Of a DNA stretch of 64,000 nucleotides, positions 38,357 to 50,600 are shown one piece after another. Source of the stretch: a virus. The number at the start of each line of letters is the position of its first letter. Position 1 is the stretch's first letter. Position numbers and translations under genes: made by a program. The notes under the pieces are model-generated. The model did not search any database and had not been told where the DNA came from. It saw only the letters and a list, made by a program, of their open reading frames with translations. The stretch lies in IMG/VR virus record IMGVR_UViG_3300042384_001374, positions 12,100-76,099 of that record; one strand, given 5' to 3'.

Positions 38357-38541
38357 CTCTTTATTCGATGCAGCGATGCAGGAAGGATAATTCCAGATAC
38401 GGGAAAATCCACTTCGCGCATCATGAATTCGAAACGCTTTGTGGGCTGACTACGGATTCCGACTGGTGGGTTCTCACAAACAGGCATGACGGCGATGCGA
38501 CATGCGCAAAATGTATTAAGACGAACAGCAGTTGTTCGTAG
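38296..38541 (+). CDS. cassette 7 Zn-finger protein
   Basis: H......TLCG...TCAKC. Confidence 0.65.
   Translation: MKDSESNKDAPAGCMKRLVRPLYSMQRCRKDNSRYGKIHFAHHEFETLCGLTTDSDWWVLTNRHDGDATCAKCIKTNSSCS
38520..38540 (-). other. attI-like simple recombination site at array end
   Basis: ACGAAC-agcagtt-GTTCGT, inverted cores with a 7-bp spacer and no long stem. Confidence 0.45.
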
Positions 38542-38600
38542 TGCCCGACCGCACGAATAATCAGCGAAGCAAATAATGAAATTTTAGTTGAGGCTAAAAC

Positions 38601-41600
38601 CTATTTGTTTTCTTTGCGAATCACCTCGCGCATTTCGGCGCGCTTTTCCGCTCTCGGCTCTCTGGCAAACGGAATAGCTTCAAATGTCAAATAGGTGGCC
38701 GCGTCCAGCAACGAAGCCGCCCGGTTGCGTTGCGCTTCCCTGCTCATCAAATATTGCGAAGTAAGGACGCCCGCTTCCAGCGCGTCGTGAGCCATAGCGG
38801 TAGGTGCGGTCAAGTCAGCCAGTGAACCGTGCCACGAGTCTTTGTAAGAGCGAATGGTAACACCGTTCTTGTCGTAGCTTCCAAAGCCTGCTTTAAGCTG
38901 TTTGCGATTAAACGTGTTGTTTAATCCAGCGGCTCCGGCAATTGCCATCGGGTTAGTGACGGTTTTCTGCACCAACCCGGAGACCGGTGCGTAACCCGCC
39001 ATTACCCCCAGCACTGGCACTGCTGTGGTTAGTTCCAGCAAGCTTCTGGAAGCAATTTCAGCAAATGCCGACGCCTGCGCCGCGTCTGCTTTTTTGGTCT
39101 GGTCAAACAATTCCCGTTTGTTGCCAAACGTGATGGTTTTAATGACTTCGCCGAGCATAGAGCTTTTTTTGTCCACGAACATCCACTCGTTGGCGAGTTT
39201 CTGAGCTTTTTTCTGGGCCTTGTCATCATCGTCGCCGCCTGCCAAAAAAAACAAATAAGACACCATTGGCACCAGCATTTGAAGCTTAAACGGGTAAAAC
39301 AAAATGTTTTGGGTCAGTGAGGTGACCACGTTCTCCAGCGCCTCTTTCTTGGTTTCCGCGTCAGCCTTTTCATCAAACAAAATGGGCACCAAAACCGAAG
39401 TGTTGGACGCCATGCTCGACGTGTGATTGCTGAAGCGCACCATCGAACGCCACAGCGCGTTGCGGCCGGGCGAAGATGTCCGGTTCTGAAACATCCACGA
39501 TTTCTTGCTTTGGTCCGACTGAGCCATCACATCGTTCACCTTGCGCCGGGCGTTGCTCTTTGCCATCGCGGTGGGCTCGACGTTCGATTTGACCACGTCG
39601 GCCGGTTCCATCTTCATCTGGTCAGCCAGCTCGACAATGAACATCGCCGTGGACAAGTAGGACTCACCCTTGCCAATAGTCCAATGAAGCGCCTTCTCGC
39701 CGAGCTTTTCGTATTCCCGAAGCCCTTTGCCAGCAAGGTTCTTGGCCGTGCTTTTCCCAAACCTGACTTGGCTGTGCATGATGTCACGCGCCACATCCGC
39801 GCCGTCCGCCGAGCGGTAATACACCGAACGGTCGGTCTTGCGGACAAACTCCCGAGCCTGTTCATTGAATTTTCGGTCGGTGATCAGCTTTTGCAGGATG
39901 CTGAAGTATTGCGCTGCTTGCTTGCCCTTTCCAACCGCAATCTTGCCAGCGGCATACCCTACTGAAGGGCCTGTCGTCTGGTTCCAAACTTGTTGAAGGC
40001 TCGCCAAAGCCCGGACTATGTACAACGATCCGAGAAAGCGCATTGCTTCCGCGCCACCCGTGTTGCTCACTCCGTTGGCAGCGTCGTTTTGGAGGATCGT
40101 CTCGTTTTCTTCCGCGATGGCGGAAAGAGCTTGGCGAAACTTTTTAATCTCGTCCTCAGCTTCCTGCTTGGCTTTGCGCTGGGCCGGATCGTTCCAGTCG
40201 ATGTCGTCAGGAATCATCTCGTTCGCTTTATTGAGAAAGTCACCGTCTTTGATGGTGTTCACGCCGTGCTCATCCTGCACCACGCGGCCGAGTGAACGCC
40301 GCAGCACCTCGTAAGTCGGAGTGACGTTCAGCTTATAGATAGCGTCGTCCAAAAGCGAAAGCGGCGCGGTAAGTCCGTTCAATGAAATCGGACGGAACGG
40401 ATTGCGGGAGTTGAAGTAGCCACCCTTGCCGTAGCCGCCGAAGAACGACGAGTCCTTCAACGACACCATGTCGATGGGGTCGGCGATGAAGCGGTCGGAA
40501 CTGACCTGCTGCTCTGCCGGGTCGGGGCGTGCCGCGTAACCAACACGCAGCGGCACGGACGAATAGGTAATCTTGAATGCCTCCTTAGCGTCGTCCCGCC
40601 ACGACTCGCCCGTCACCATGCGCTCGCCCTTCAGCAACTCGCCCGGCTGCTTGTCCACCGCCGCATCCTGCGACAACATCGCCATGGTAAGCTGCATCGC
40701 GCTACTGATGTCGGCAAACGACCTGTTGAGCTGCTGGGCATATCCTTCGACCGCAGCCTCGTTACCCAGAGTGACTTTCGATTCAAGCAGTGCAATGAAT
40801 TTGTCCGTCAGCTCTTTCGCTATTTCCGGCGAGCTAATGATGGTATTCGAAATGCCGGATTCCAGCATCCATCCGCGAACTTCCCGAGCCAGTTCCAAAT
40901 CACGGATCATGTCGAGATTATCCGCGTTCCAGTAGCGGTTCAGTTTTGGAATTACTTTGCCGGTCGGAATAGGATTTTTGTTCGCATCCAAAACAGCCTT
41001 GCCATCCGGGCCTTTTACCAGCTCGCCAAAATACAATCCTTGCGCCCGATTCAGGTTTTCCAACTCGTTCAGTCCACGCCCGATGTCGGTAACCAAGCGG
41101 TTGGTCGCCGTCTCGCGGTGCATTCCGAATGCTGTGTCGATGCCTCGGAACACCGAAATGAGGTAGCCGATGGTTTGGTCTTTGGCGTTATTACCAATCG
41201 GCTTGGCCGCCTTGACGATCTTTTCCTCCTCCGCTTTTTTGGAAGTCTCATAGCCTTGGCGTCCGCTGGTGCCGTCGATGCCATATTCGATGAAGTCTTG
41301 CAAATGGATAGCGGCTTGGCGGGCAGCGAAGTTGCGGCGGAACTTGCTACGAATGCGAGCGTCTTGGTGATGCAAGAATTTCAAGGCTCCCAATTCCAGA
41401 GCATGCTTCTTGCCGTCAAACGATACAAAATCAGTAATCAGGCACTTCTGGATTTCTATTGCTTCAATTTCGGCGAACGCCAGCGAAAACACCGGCTCCA
41501 CCCGGAAAGCAAGCATCCGGCTGACATCCATGTCCTTGACTGAAGATCCGCCCACTTTGGCGAACTCGCCCGAATCAATCGACTTCAACAAGGTTTTGAT

Positions 41601-44600
41601 CTTAGCCTTGGTGCTGTCGCTAAGCCGGGTGTCGCCGTGCGCGATGACCAACCGTTCGATCATGTAACCAAATTGGTCGAGCTGCTTCTTAGACACGTCG
41701 CCAGTCAGGTCGGCGGTGCGTTTTGCACCAGTAACCGAACTCATCGCGTCGTCCAGCCATGTCTGCATGCCTTTCCGCCAGTCGTCCGAAAATGCCTTAG
41801 CGGCTTCACCTTTTTTCAGGTTTTGTTTAGCCGGACTAAAATCAGCGCCGTCAAAATCCTTGCCAACTTCTTTTTCAGTTCCGGCAAGGAAGTAAGAATA
41901 AGACCCTTGCGCTGGCACACCTTGATTGACTGGCAGTGCATCAAGGATAATGCGCTCCATCTCACGGTTGACGTTGCGCTTGGTAATCTTTGGAAAGTGC
42001 TGCATCAACAACTCGCGGGCGTTGAGCGGCATCATGATCACCTTCTCGCCCTCTTGGTTGATGAGAACACCCAGCTTTTCCTTCCGGAGCTGGTGACTCT
42101 TTGGCAGGTTGATTTGTTTGACGCGGTTTTGGGCGGTGCGGGTCAGGGTGAGTGCCTCTTCCGGGTCGGACAGGTAGGCTGCGGCGTCGGCCGTCATGCC
42201 CTTGTATTGCGCTTCCTGCGCGTCGGAGTGGGCGTCCTGCATCACCTCTTTGACAATTTGCTCCTCAAGCTGCACCAAGTCCACCGCTTGGTTGATGGCT
42301 TTGAGTGGGTCAAAGTTCATGAATTGGTCGCGAGAGCCCCGAACAAACTTGTAGGCGTCCTCAATGCGGTTTTCAGACTGCTCAGTAAGAGCTGTAATGA
42401 CGGCTTTCTGTCGTATCCAGTAGTCTCTGCGGGACATAGTGCCAGACGGCTCGCTTGAAGCGCTTGCAGGTGCCTGAACGTCGTCAGAAACAGGCGGCAA
42501 GGGGTTTGTCAGTGTCAGCTGTGCTTTGTATGTCACTTTTTCGTCGATTGCCTTGGTCAATAAACCTCCAGACTGATCGTTTTTTTGACCCTGCGACGCC
42601 CGCCCCGAATAATAACCCATCCCCACTGGCACTTTGCCTTTGTTGCTGTCGATGACGGACAGTTCGTTGCGAGTCTGCTCCAGTTCGCGCTCCACCCGTC
42701 CGAGGTAAATGGCAGCTTCCTTACGGCCCTGTTCCTGCTCCACGCTGCGGGCCTTACTGGAAAGCAGCGCCCGTGCTTGGTTGGTAGTCAAAGCGATGTC
42801 TTGAAGGGCTCTTTGAAGATCCACTCCAATCAAAACCTGTTGTTTTTGAGTGGATAAATTCTCAAAATTGCGAGCAGCACGAAAGATTTCATCAATTGAT
42901 TGTTCAGGATCAGAAACAAAACCTTCGTTACTATCCAGCAACTTGTTAATTTCCTCGTCGATAAACGCGGGCAAGTCAATGGTTTCGTTCTTCATCAACT
43001 CCTCTGACACCATCCGCATGAACGCGTTGGTCTGCATCTTTGGTTTAGCCCCGGCCGTCACCCCTTGGGTAATCTCACGGACCATGTTGTCCATAAACCC
43101 TTGGGCAAACTTGCGGCCGTTGAGCATTCCAGACAGCGAGTTCATTACGTCGGTTTGTTCCTGACGCGTGAAATCGTCGGTTTCCTTGAATGTTTTTAAA
43201 CGGAACCCGCTCAGATTCGCTTTTTTCGGGTCCACCCCGGTCCAGCGCATCACTTGACGGGCGTGCATCTCGGCGTGCGAGTTGAAGATGGAAACGTGCA
43301 GGTTGAACAAACGGGCAGCGTCGCTGATGCGGCTGTTGATGCCTTGCGTGTCGCCCTGTGGCAGCTCGTTGTTCTCGTCCGGAGTGAGCAGGGTGTTGCG
43401 TTCGCGGACCAGCGCGCCGATGGCGTTGGCTTGTTTGTAAAGCCCGTCCACCGCCGCTTTGAGCTGCGGGTTGTTTTCCATGCCCTCGGTGAGCATCAAA
43501 TGCACGACATGCCCAAGATTCGCCGCATTACCGGAATCATCTTTCATCATTTCCGCAAAACGGGTGACGTGCGCCACCACCATGTCCCGAGTCTCCGCTT
43601 TCAGAGATTCGGACCAGTCTTTAGCCGTGGCTAAAAGGTTTGCACCTTCCGGGCTGTTGTCCAACAACTCCTGAAACGCCTGACCATTATCCGCTTCGTA
43701 AGCGCCGATCTCCGCCAGCAGCGCCTCGCGCAGCTCGTTCAGGCGAGTTTGGTTCTTTTCCAGCGTGTCGAGCGACAGCTTGGCTTCCAGCTCCGCTGCA
43801 TCCAGCACGCCAGCAGGCAGCGCCATCCGAATCGACTCCATCATCGCGTCGTCCAACGGCAAATTTACATCCACAAGCCCAAACCCGGACGCATCGGCAT
43901 CCTTTGAAAACTTAGAAATGGCCTTTTTCACAACCGCAGCACCCACCAGCGTCCGCACCGCAGGCGCACGCAGCAACAATGAACTGTTGGTCGAGTCGAT
44001 GTTTCTTTTTTGAAACGCGATGTTCTGTGACGTGCGACCGCTCACCTTTGGGATAGTCAGGTTGCGCATCTCACCGACATACATTTTGGTTGCCGCTTTC
44101 AGTCCTTTTTCAACGTTGCCTTGCAATGCTGGTCCCGCTACCGCAATGCGGAGCTTGTCAGTGCTGATGCCTTGGCCGGTCGGGTCAAGCGGGGCGCTCA
44201 GGATGTCGCTGGTCGTGCGTTCGTTGGAAGGAGCCATCGGGAATACCCCGCCAGCCGCTTTGCCCTGCTCTATGATGCGGGCAAGCCCGTTGAACAGGAA
44301 CGCGTCGGACGGATTGAGCCCGTTGCCTTGAAGCTCCTTGGCCAAGCGCTTGTTGATGCGCGGCGCGTCAGGACCAAAGCGGTTGGCTTTGCGGTCGTCG
44401 TCAAATTTTGTAGACTGGCGTCGGCCTTCCATTATTTCCTGAAGTTCTTCAAATGTCTTCGCTTCTTTGAGTGCTTCAATCTCCGGAGCGTCCGGGGTGC
44501 TATCATACCAGTTATAATTGTCGGATTCCTCCTCGTCCAACGTGACCGATTCTTCGGTGGCGCGGTCCACATGATCTTGATCGTGCTCTTGAGCGCCTGT

Positions 44601-47600
44601 GTTGGCCCGCAGGATGTTGCGGATGCCTTCCTGAAGCGCCAGCTCTACCGGCTCGGCCAGCAAAGTGTCGGCAAAGCCGTCCACTCCGATGTAAACCTTG
44701 TCGAACAACTCTTTGGCTTTCGGGTTAGTCAGCACTTCGGCGACAATCAGAATGTCAGACGCCGTCGATTGGTCGTCGCCAAACATGTTGATGAGAGCCC
44801 CGCCGTCACCATCCAAGCGCAGCGTGCGTCCAAGCTCAGCCACGTCAGACAAGTGTCCAGACGGGTCCGCCGCAATCGACTCGGGGAAGACGGCCGGGTC
44901 AAGCGACAGCCGGATGATCCGCGCCATCTCCGCAACCTGCCCGCGCACCGCTTCGTTCTTCGACGCGATCTTGAGCGACTGGGCGATGCCGCCGAAGCTC
45001 TCGGTGGCGTTTTTGTCCGGATTCTTCTGGCTACTTGGCGAATACACCACGTTTGGTCCGCCATCCGTTCCGGGGAAAATTTTGAAGCCAACATCATCCA
45101 ACCCGTAGCGAGTCACTTGGCTGTCCTTCGGCGACACGACCAACGTCTCGCCCGGAAACGTCTGGATGAGCTGTGACAAAATCGGGTTGCCGATGCCGTC
45201 GATGCCGTGGACCAGCATCGAGGCGTCATACACCATCACCTCGTCGTTGCTGGTCATGCTGCCCTTCAACATCCGGGCAATGGCATCAGACTCTTCTGGC
45301 GAAGCCATTGAATTGGTCTGCAAAGAACTTTTTGCCACTTTGCGATATTTTTTAACATCGCGTTTGACGGGTTTTTTCGGTGTTCCCTGCTTGACCTGCT
45401 CCAAGTAATGTTTTGAGTCAAAACGCTCACCCGCGCCATTTTCCAATGACCAGAATTTACTTCCCGATCCTTCAACGTAAGAAAGAATGGTATTGGATGA
45501 CTTTCCTTGCCATCCCTCACCACGATACGCCCATTGATAACCATTTTTGGCATTCGGAATTTTAGGCAGTCGGGAAAATAACAATTCCTCATCAACCGTT
45601 TCATTCACAATGAACTCTTCATCCGTTTCCACGTTTCCGCCAGAATACTTGGGAGGGTTTACACCCGGATTGTTAATGGTTCCGTTCGTATCCACGATTT
45701 CCTCAACCCGGCCAGCAGCCAGTTTAACCACAGCAAGCGCTCGGCCGATCTTGTGGCCCGCCTTAGCTTCTTCAACGATGGTCGCCTCAAACGACTGCTT
45801 AAGTTCCAACAAGCTCACTAGCACCGTCTCAACCGATGGGGTTTGCCCAGTCAAGTTGGATAGCTCTTTTTCCATTTCATCGTAGAACGCTTCCGGATTG
45901 CTCATGCTTTTGGCCAGCGGGAATGTGCCCCGGATGCCCTTGCGGACGAGCTGGCGTTGTTCGTCGCGGCTTTTGTGGTCGTTCTCCATTGCCCACAGGT
46001 CAAACAGGAAGGCACGTCCAGCGTCGATGTCGAGCGTGTCGCCGTTGCTCTGCGAACCAATCATCAAAGCGGCTCCGGTAAGCGCCATGCGGCGTTGGTT
46101 TTCGGGTCCAGCAGCTTGGTCGATGGCCACTTCGGCAGCCGTCTTCACGCGGTCACCGTCCAACGACTCCATCATGGATTGAACCGTTTCCGAACGATTA
46201 GTGCGCTTGTCGTCATCAAACACATTCGGGTCAGTAATGTTGCCCGTTTTGTTGTAGATCATCGGCATAACGCCTTCGCCCCGATTGGAACGGTTGATCA
46301 TCTCCAGAAGCTCAAAGGCGAAGTTGGAACCAAACACGTAGTCGCGCTGTTTTTCGTGGAACTTCATCAGCCACGAGAGGTTCGACAGGATGCGAGCGTC
46401 AATCGGAGCATCGCGCAGGCGCTCAAGCTCCGCATTGTCTCCCGTGTAGGAAGCTTCCCGCTGCCAGCGTGATCCCTCGAACGCCACGTTGTCACGCCAT
46501 TGCTGGTCGCGAAATTCTATCAGTGCCTTGTTGGTGAGGCGGGCCGCGTCGTTCGCACCATCCAAACGGGCACGCACGTTTACGATCATCCCGTCGAACA
46601 ACTCGGCTGCCACCACTCCGTGGTCTTTTGTAAGAACCATCTGCAAGTCGTCCAGCAAGCGGATCAGGCCGTTGGTTTCCGTCTCCCCGCCGATCTGACG
46701 CAGGAATGCCTTGTTGTTGAACTGACTTTCAATGAGCCCCTTCACCCGGCCCGCCAGTGTCTGTTTGCCGCCAAGCTCGGTGATAAGCGGCGCGAAGCCA
46801 TCGGCAATATCCTCCTTCGGCTGGCTGACCAATGCGACAGTTTCCTTGGCCCATGCTTCCATTTGGGAGACGTGCGCGATAAGCGCTTTGCGGGCTGGCT
46901 GGTTCTTGTCACCCTTGCCCTTGGCGAGCTTCTGCGCTTCGTTGGACGCTTTGAACACAAGGTCGTTGAACATCTTTACGTCCGCCGTGCGGAACGCGTT
47001 GGCGGCGCGATAGCGGTCAGCCCCGATCTCCGAATTAGTGTCCTTGGGCAAGGCAAAGCCCCCGGTGTGCCAGTAGGTGTCCGCTTCCTTGGTGTCACCA
47101 ATCTTGCCGTCCACCCAGTCCACGAAGAATTGGAGCCACTGCATGCGCCCGGCATAGGCGGCGTTGCTGTTGCCAGCAATTTCAATAACGGCACGCTCTT
47201 GGTTGTCCATCACCTGATCCGGAGTCAACGGGTCCATCCCCTTGCCTTCTTCATACCAATGCAGCTTTGGACGGAATCCGAGATAGCGGCCGGTGTCTTC
47301 AAAGCGCACGCCAAACGTATCGTTCTTGTTGCTAGACGGCGCGATGCTCGGTGCGGACAAGTTGTCCAATGCGGACGGGCTTGAGATGCTAGTCGGGAAG
47401 CTCAGGCCCTCACCGCGCCCTGTGCGAGCTTCGCGGTTCAGGTCGCGCATGCCCAAGCCAAATTCTTTCGGCCGCGTCCACACGTCCCCAAACGCAAGAC
47501 GCTGAAGGTTCTGGATCGAGCCGTTGTAAGTGTCCAGCGCTTCCTTAAACTGCATAAATTTTGACATCCGTTGAGACGACAAAGGAACTTCCGGGACATC

Positions 47601-50600
47601 CCATTGAACCGAAAAAGATTTGGCTTCAGCCTCCGAAGCGCTGCGACGTGCATCCGCAAGTTCAGTTTCGAGAATTTGTAATTGGTCGGCAACTTTAACC
47701 ATAGGCAACATCACATCATCAGATGTTGAAATAAGCGGCTCTGCCGTTCGTCCCATGTATGATGAATGCTGCTCCAAGTTGACAGAGCGTTCCAAAACCC
47801 GAGCTTTCAAACGCTTCATGATGGTCGTCACGTCATTCGGGTTGATGCCTTCACGGTCAAATGGATTCTCCAATCGAAACCTTTTAGCCGTGGCTAAAAT
47901 CGAACGACGCCCAATGTTCGTGCGCGGGTCCATCGCATTGATCAAAGTTTGATCGCGTCCAGCTTGCTTCAAGCGAAGCATCGCCATCTTTCCTTCAATC
48001 GCCCGGACACGTTGTTTGTGCATGACGGAAAGCTGGCGGTAATCTTCAGCCTGCTGTTCTTTCGGCACCGTGTTGTCGATGTGCTGACGGATGCGGGACA
48101 GCGTCTTGCCCGCATCAGGACCACCCAGCTCCAATGCCGGTGTGATGTCAAAGTCCATTGCCGCCATCCGTGCCTCCATTACCTGACGGTTGAGAAACAC
48201 CAAAGTCTTGGCCCGCTCAAAACCAGTTTGATCAGCTGACAAATCCGATTTTTCGTCGTTGATGTCGGCCAACAGCGCGTCAATGCGCTGCATCGCGGCG
48301 GACGTTCCCGAGTCGTCCAAAGCAAAATCGGCGACGTACTTCTCAAGGTAGTCTTTGATGATCGGTTTCAGGCTCATCGCCAGCGTCTCGCCGTCGATGT
48401 CGAACACGCTCTCGAACTTGGTGTTGGGGAACTGGTCCACGATTTGGCGCAACTCCGTCACCGCTTGGAAGTGCTCGGCGGTGATTTTGTTGCCCCACTT
48501 CAAGTGGGCCTCGGTGCCTTCGCGCTGCATCTCCAGCGTGCGCTCCAAAGCATCTTCCCGAGCGAAGTTCACGTCCCCTTGCACGCCAGCCTGACGGTAT
48601 GCTTGATCCAAGCGGAACAACATCTGTTGCTGGCTTTGCGGGAGCTGACCGATGGTCCAGCGCATCGCGAGGATGTTCTTAATCCGGTCGGAGTAGCGTT
48701 TCACCAACGCGGCCACCGTGTTAACCAGCTTGCCGATCTTGCCAGTCTCGTCCGCGTCCATGTTGATGGACCCTTGCAGCCACTGGCTTTCGTTGCGCAC
48801 CGCACGTTCAGTGTAAGAGCCGCTATGACGAAGCTGGTGCAGTTTGCGGATCAGTTCCGCCGCTACCGCGTAGTCTGCGCCCTTGACGAATTTCAGACCC
48901 TTAGCCTTGTCTTTTTCCTTCGGGTCCACTGAACGGCCGGGGTAGCGTTCCGCAGCCGTCTCAACCAGCAGTTTGTAAAATGGATGTTCCGGATTCTTGG
49001 CGATGTCCTTGTAGAGCTGTTCCAGTTCGGCGTCCTCAAAAACGTCCTTGGTGAGCAGGTGGAGCGTTTCTTCGTCCACCCAGTAAGCCAAGACCCGCGC
49101 CACATCGGCGGCAAGGATGTTTTTGGCCAAATCAGACGACATGTTCACCCCGGCGTATTGTTGGCGAAGTTGCTCCTTCAACTTACTGAAGTCCACCTCG
49201 ATGCGGTTGGTCTGCAAATTGGCCCTTAAGAAAGAAGCTCCTTCTTTAGACAAATCCAGCTCTGCCACTTTGTTTTTAAAGTTGGGCGATACCACATCCA
49301 TCACGCCGCTCAATGCCGAACGAACTTGTGAGACAGTAACGCTTCCATTGGCGATACCGGGAAGCAGCGGCTTGATCAGTTTCGCCGCTTCCGTAAGCCG
49401 GGTCTTGTTCCACTGGATGTTGCGCACCCCTTGGTTAAGCGTGCGCAGCGAAAGTCCTTCCGGCGACAGGCTGACTTTGCGGAACGTCCACTTGCCGTTC
49501 TTCGCAGAGTCGAGCACGAGAATGGAATCGGGCTCACCTTGGATCAGGACAGTCTGCCCCACTTTCACCGAGAGCGTCTGGCCCTTTGGGGCCTTGTAGG
49601 TGTAAACGATCTTCTCCCCCATGCCGTCCTGCACCGCGTTCTCCTTGGCGCGTTCCTGCTCGCTCTGCTCCTGCATGTTGACCCGCTCCCACTTGCCGCC
49701 AGCCTCGTCGGTCTGGCTCTGCTCGATGGTGTCGGACGCGACGATCAGAGCGCCCTCCGGGTCTACTGCGTCAATCGCGGAGCCCTCAAATTTTTCATCA
49801 GACACTTTGAGCGCATCCAGTTTGGCAATGGATGAATTGTTCTTCCTTTTCCTTCTTGGAAGACGCCGTTTGCCTTGACTTCTGTTTTGCGCTAACTGGC
49901 CATTCATTCCAAACGACCTGTATCCAAGCACCCGAGTTTTTGGAAACGCAGCGACATTTACCGAATCTTCGGAATTACCACTAAGCAAAATGACGTGGGT
50001 TGATGTTTCGCCAAGAACAAAGCCCGTATGTCCGCCCCAACCATTTTTCCCGCCAGTGGCCGGATTGTTGTTCCAAAGGACCGCAACGTCACCGTAAGAT
50101 GGAGATGTGGTTTTTTCACCCATATTCAAAAACGCTCTGGCTGAGAAGTTTTTAACGGACGACCCACCCTGTCTCAGTGACCATGATGTGAATGCGGTGC
50201 ACCATGGGAAAGTGGAAGGGCTCTGAGAAACGCCCAAGCTGACCAGCATCGACTTAATTCGAGATGAACTTTTCTCTTTTTCGTTAAGCAATGCGGCCCC
50301 GGCATTCACCGAAGGATCACTTCCCTGACGCAACCACCACTTGCTGATTTTTCCGGGCAAGACAATCGCGTCATCCGGCCCGAATTCATTGCTTGATGCG
50401 ATAAAGTTCTCGGTGGATTCAAGACTTGGCCCCACATTAGTCGTCTTTGTCTCCACCTCAACCAATGGCGCGGGAATATCAATGCTGACGATGGACGGAA
50501 AAGGAAGCGTCGACTCGTCAAGAATCGCTACGTTGTCTTTCGCCACCAACGGCAATTCATTGGAACTTGAATCAAACTCGGCATCTTCAAATTCATCCTT

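Larger units (their letters stand above)
35523..38540 (-). mobile_element. integron-like gene cassette array (7 cassettes, 7 attC-like sites, 1 attI-like site)
   Basis: GAAC...TTGTTC imperfect hairpins of 89-123 bp with conserved extrahelical bases; the flank after each GTT is the reverse complement of the flank before the next AAC. Confidence 0.8.

Noticed and set aside
41840-41865. DFDGAD in the giant protein as an RNA polymerase DxDGD motif
   Set aside because: Spacing does not match, and no supporting motifs were recognised; DFDI, DIDG and LDID elsewhere are also incomplete.
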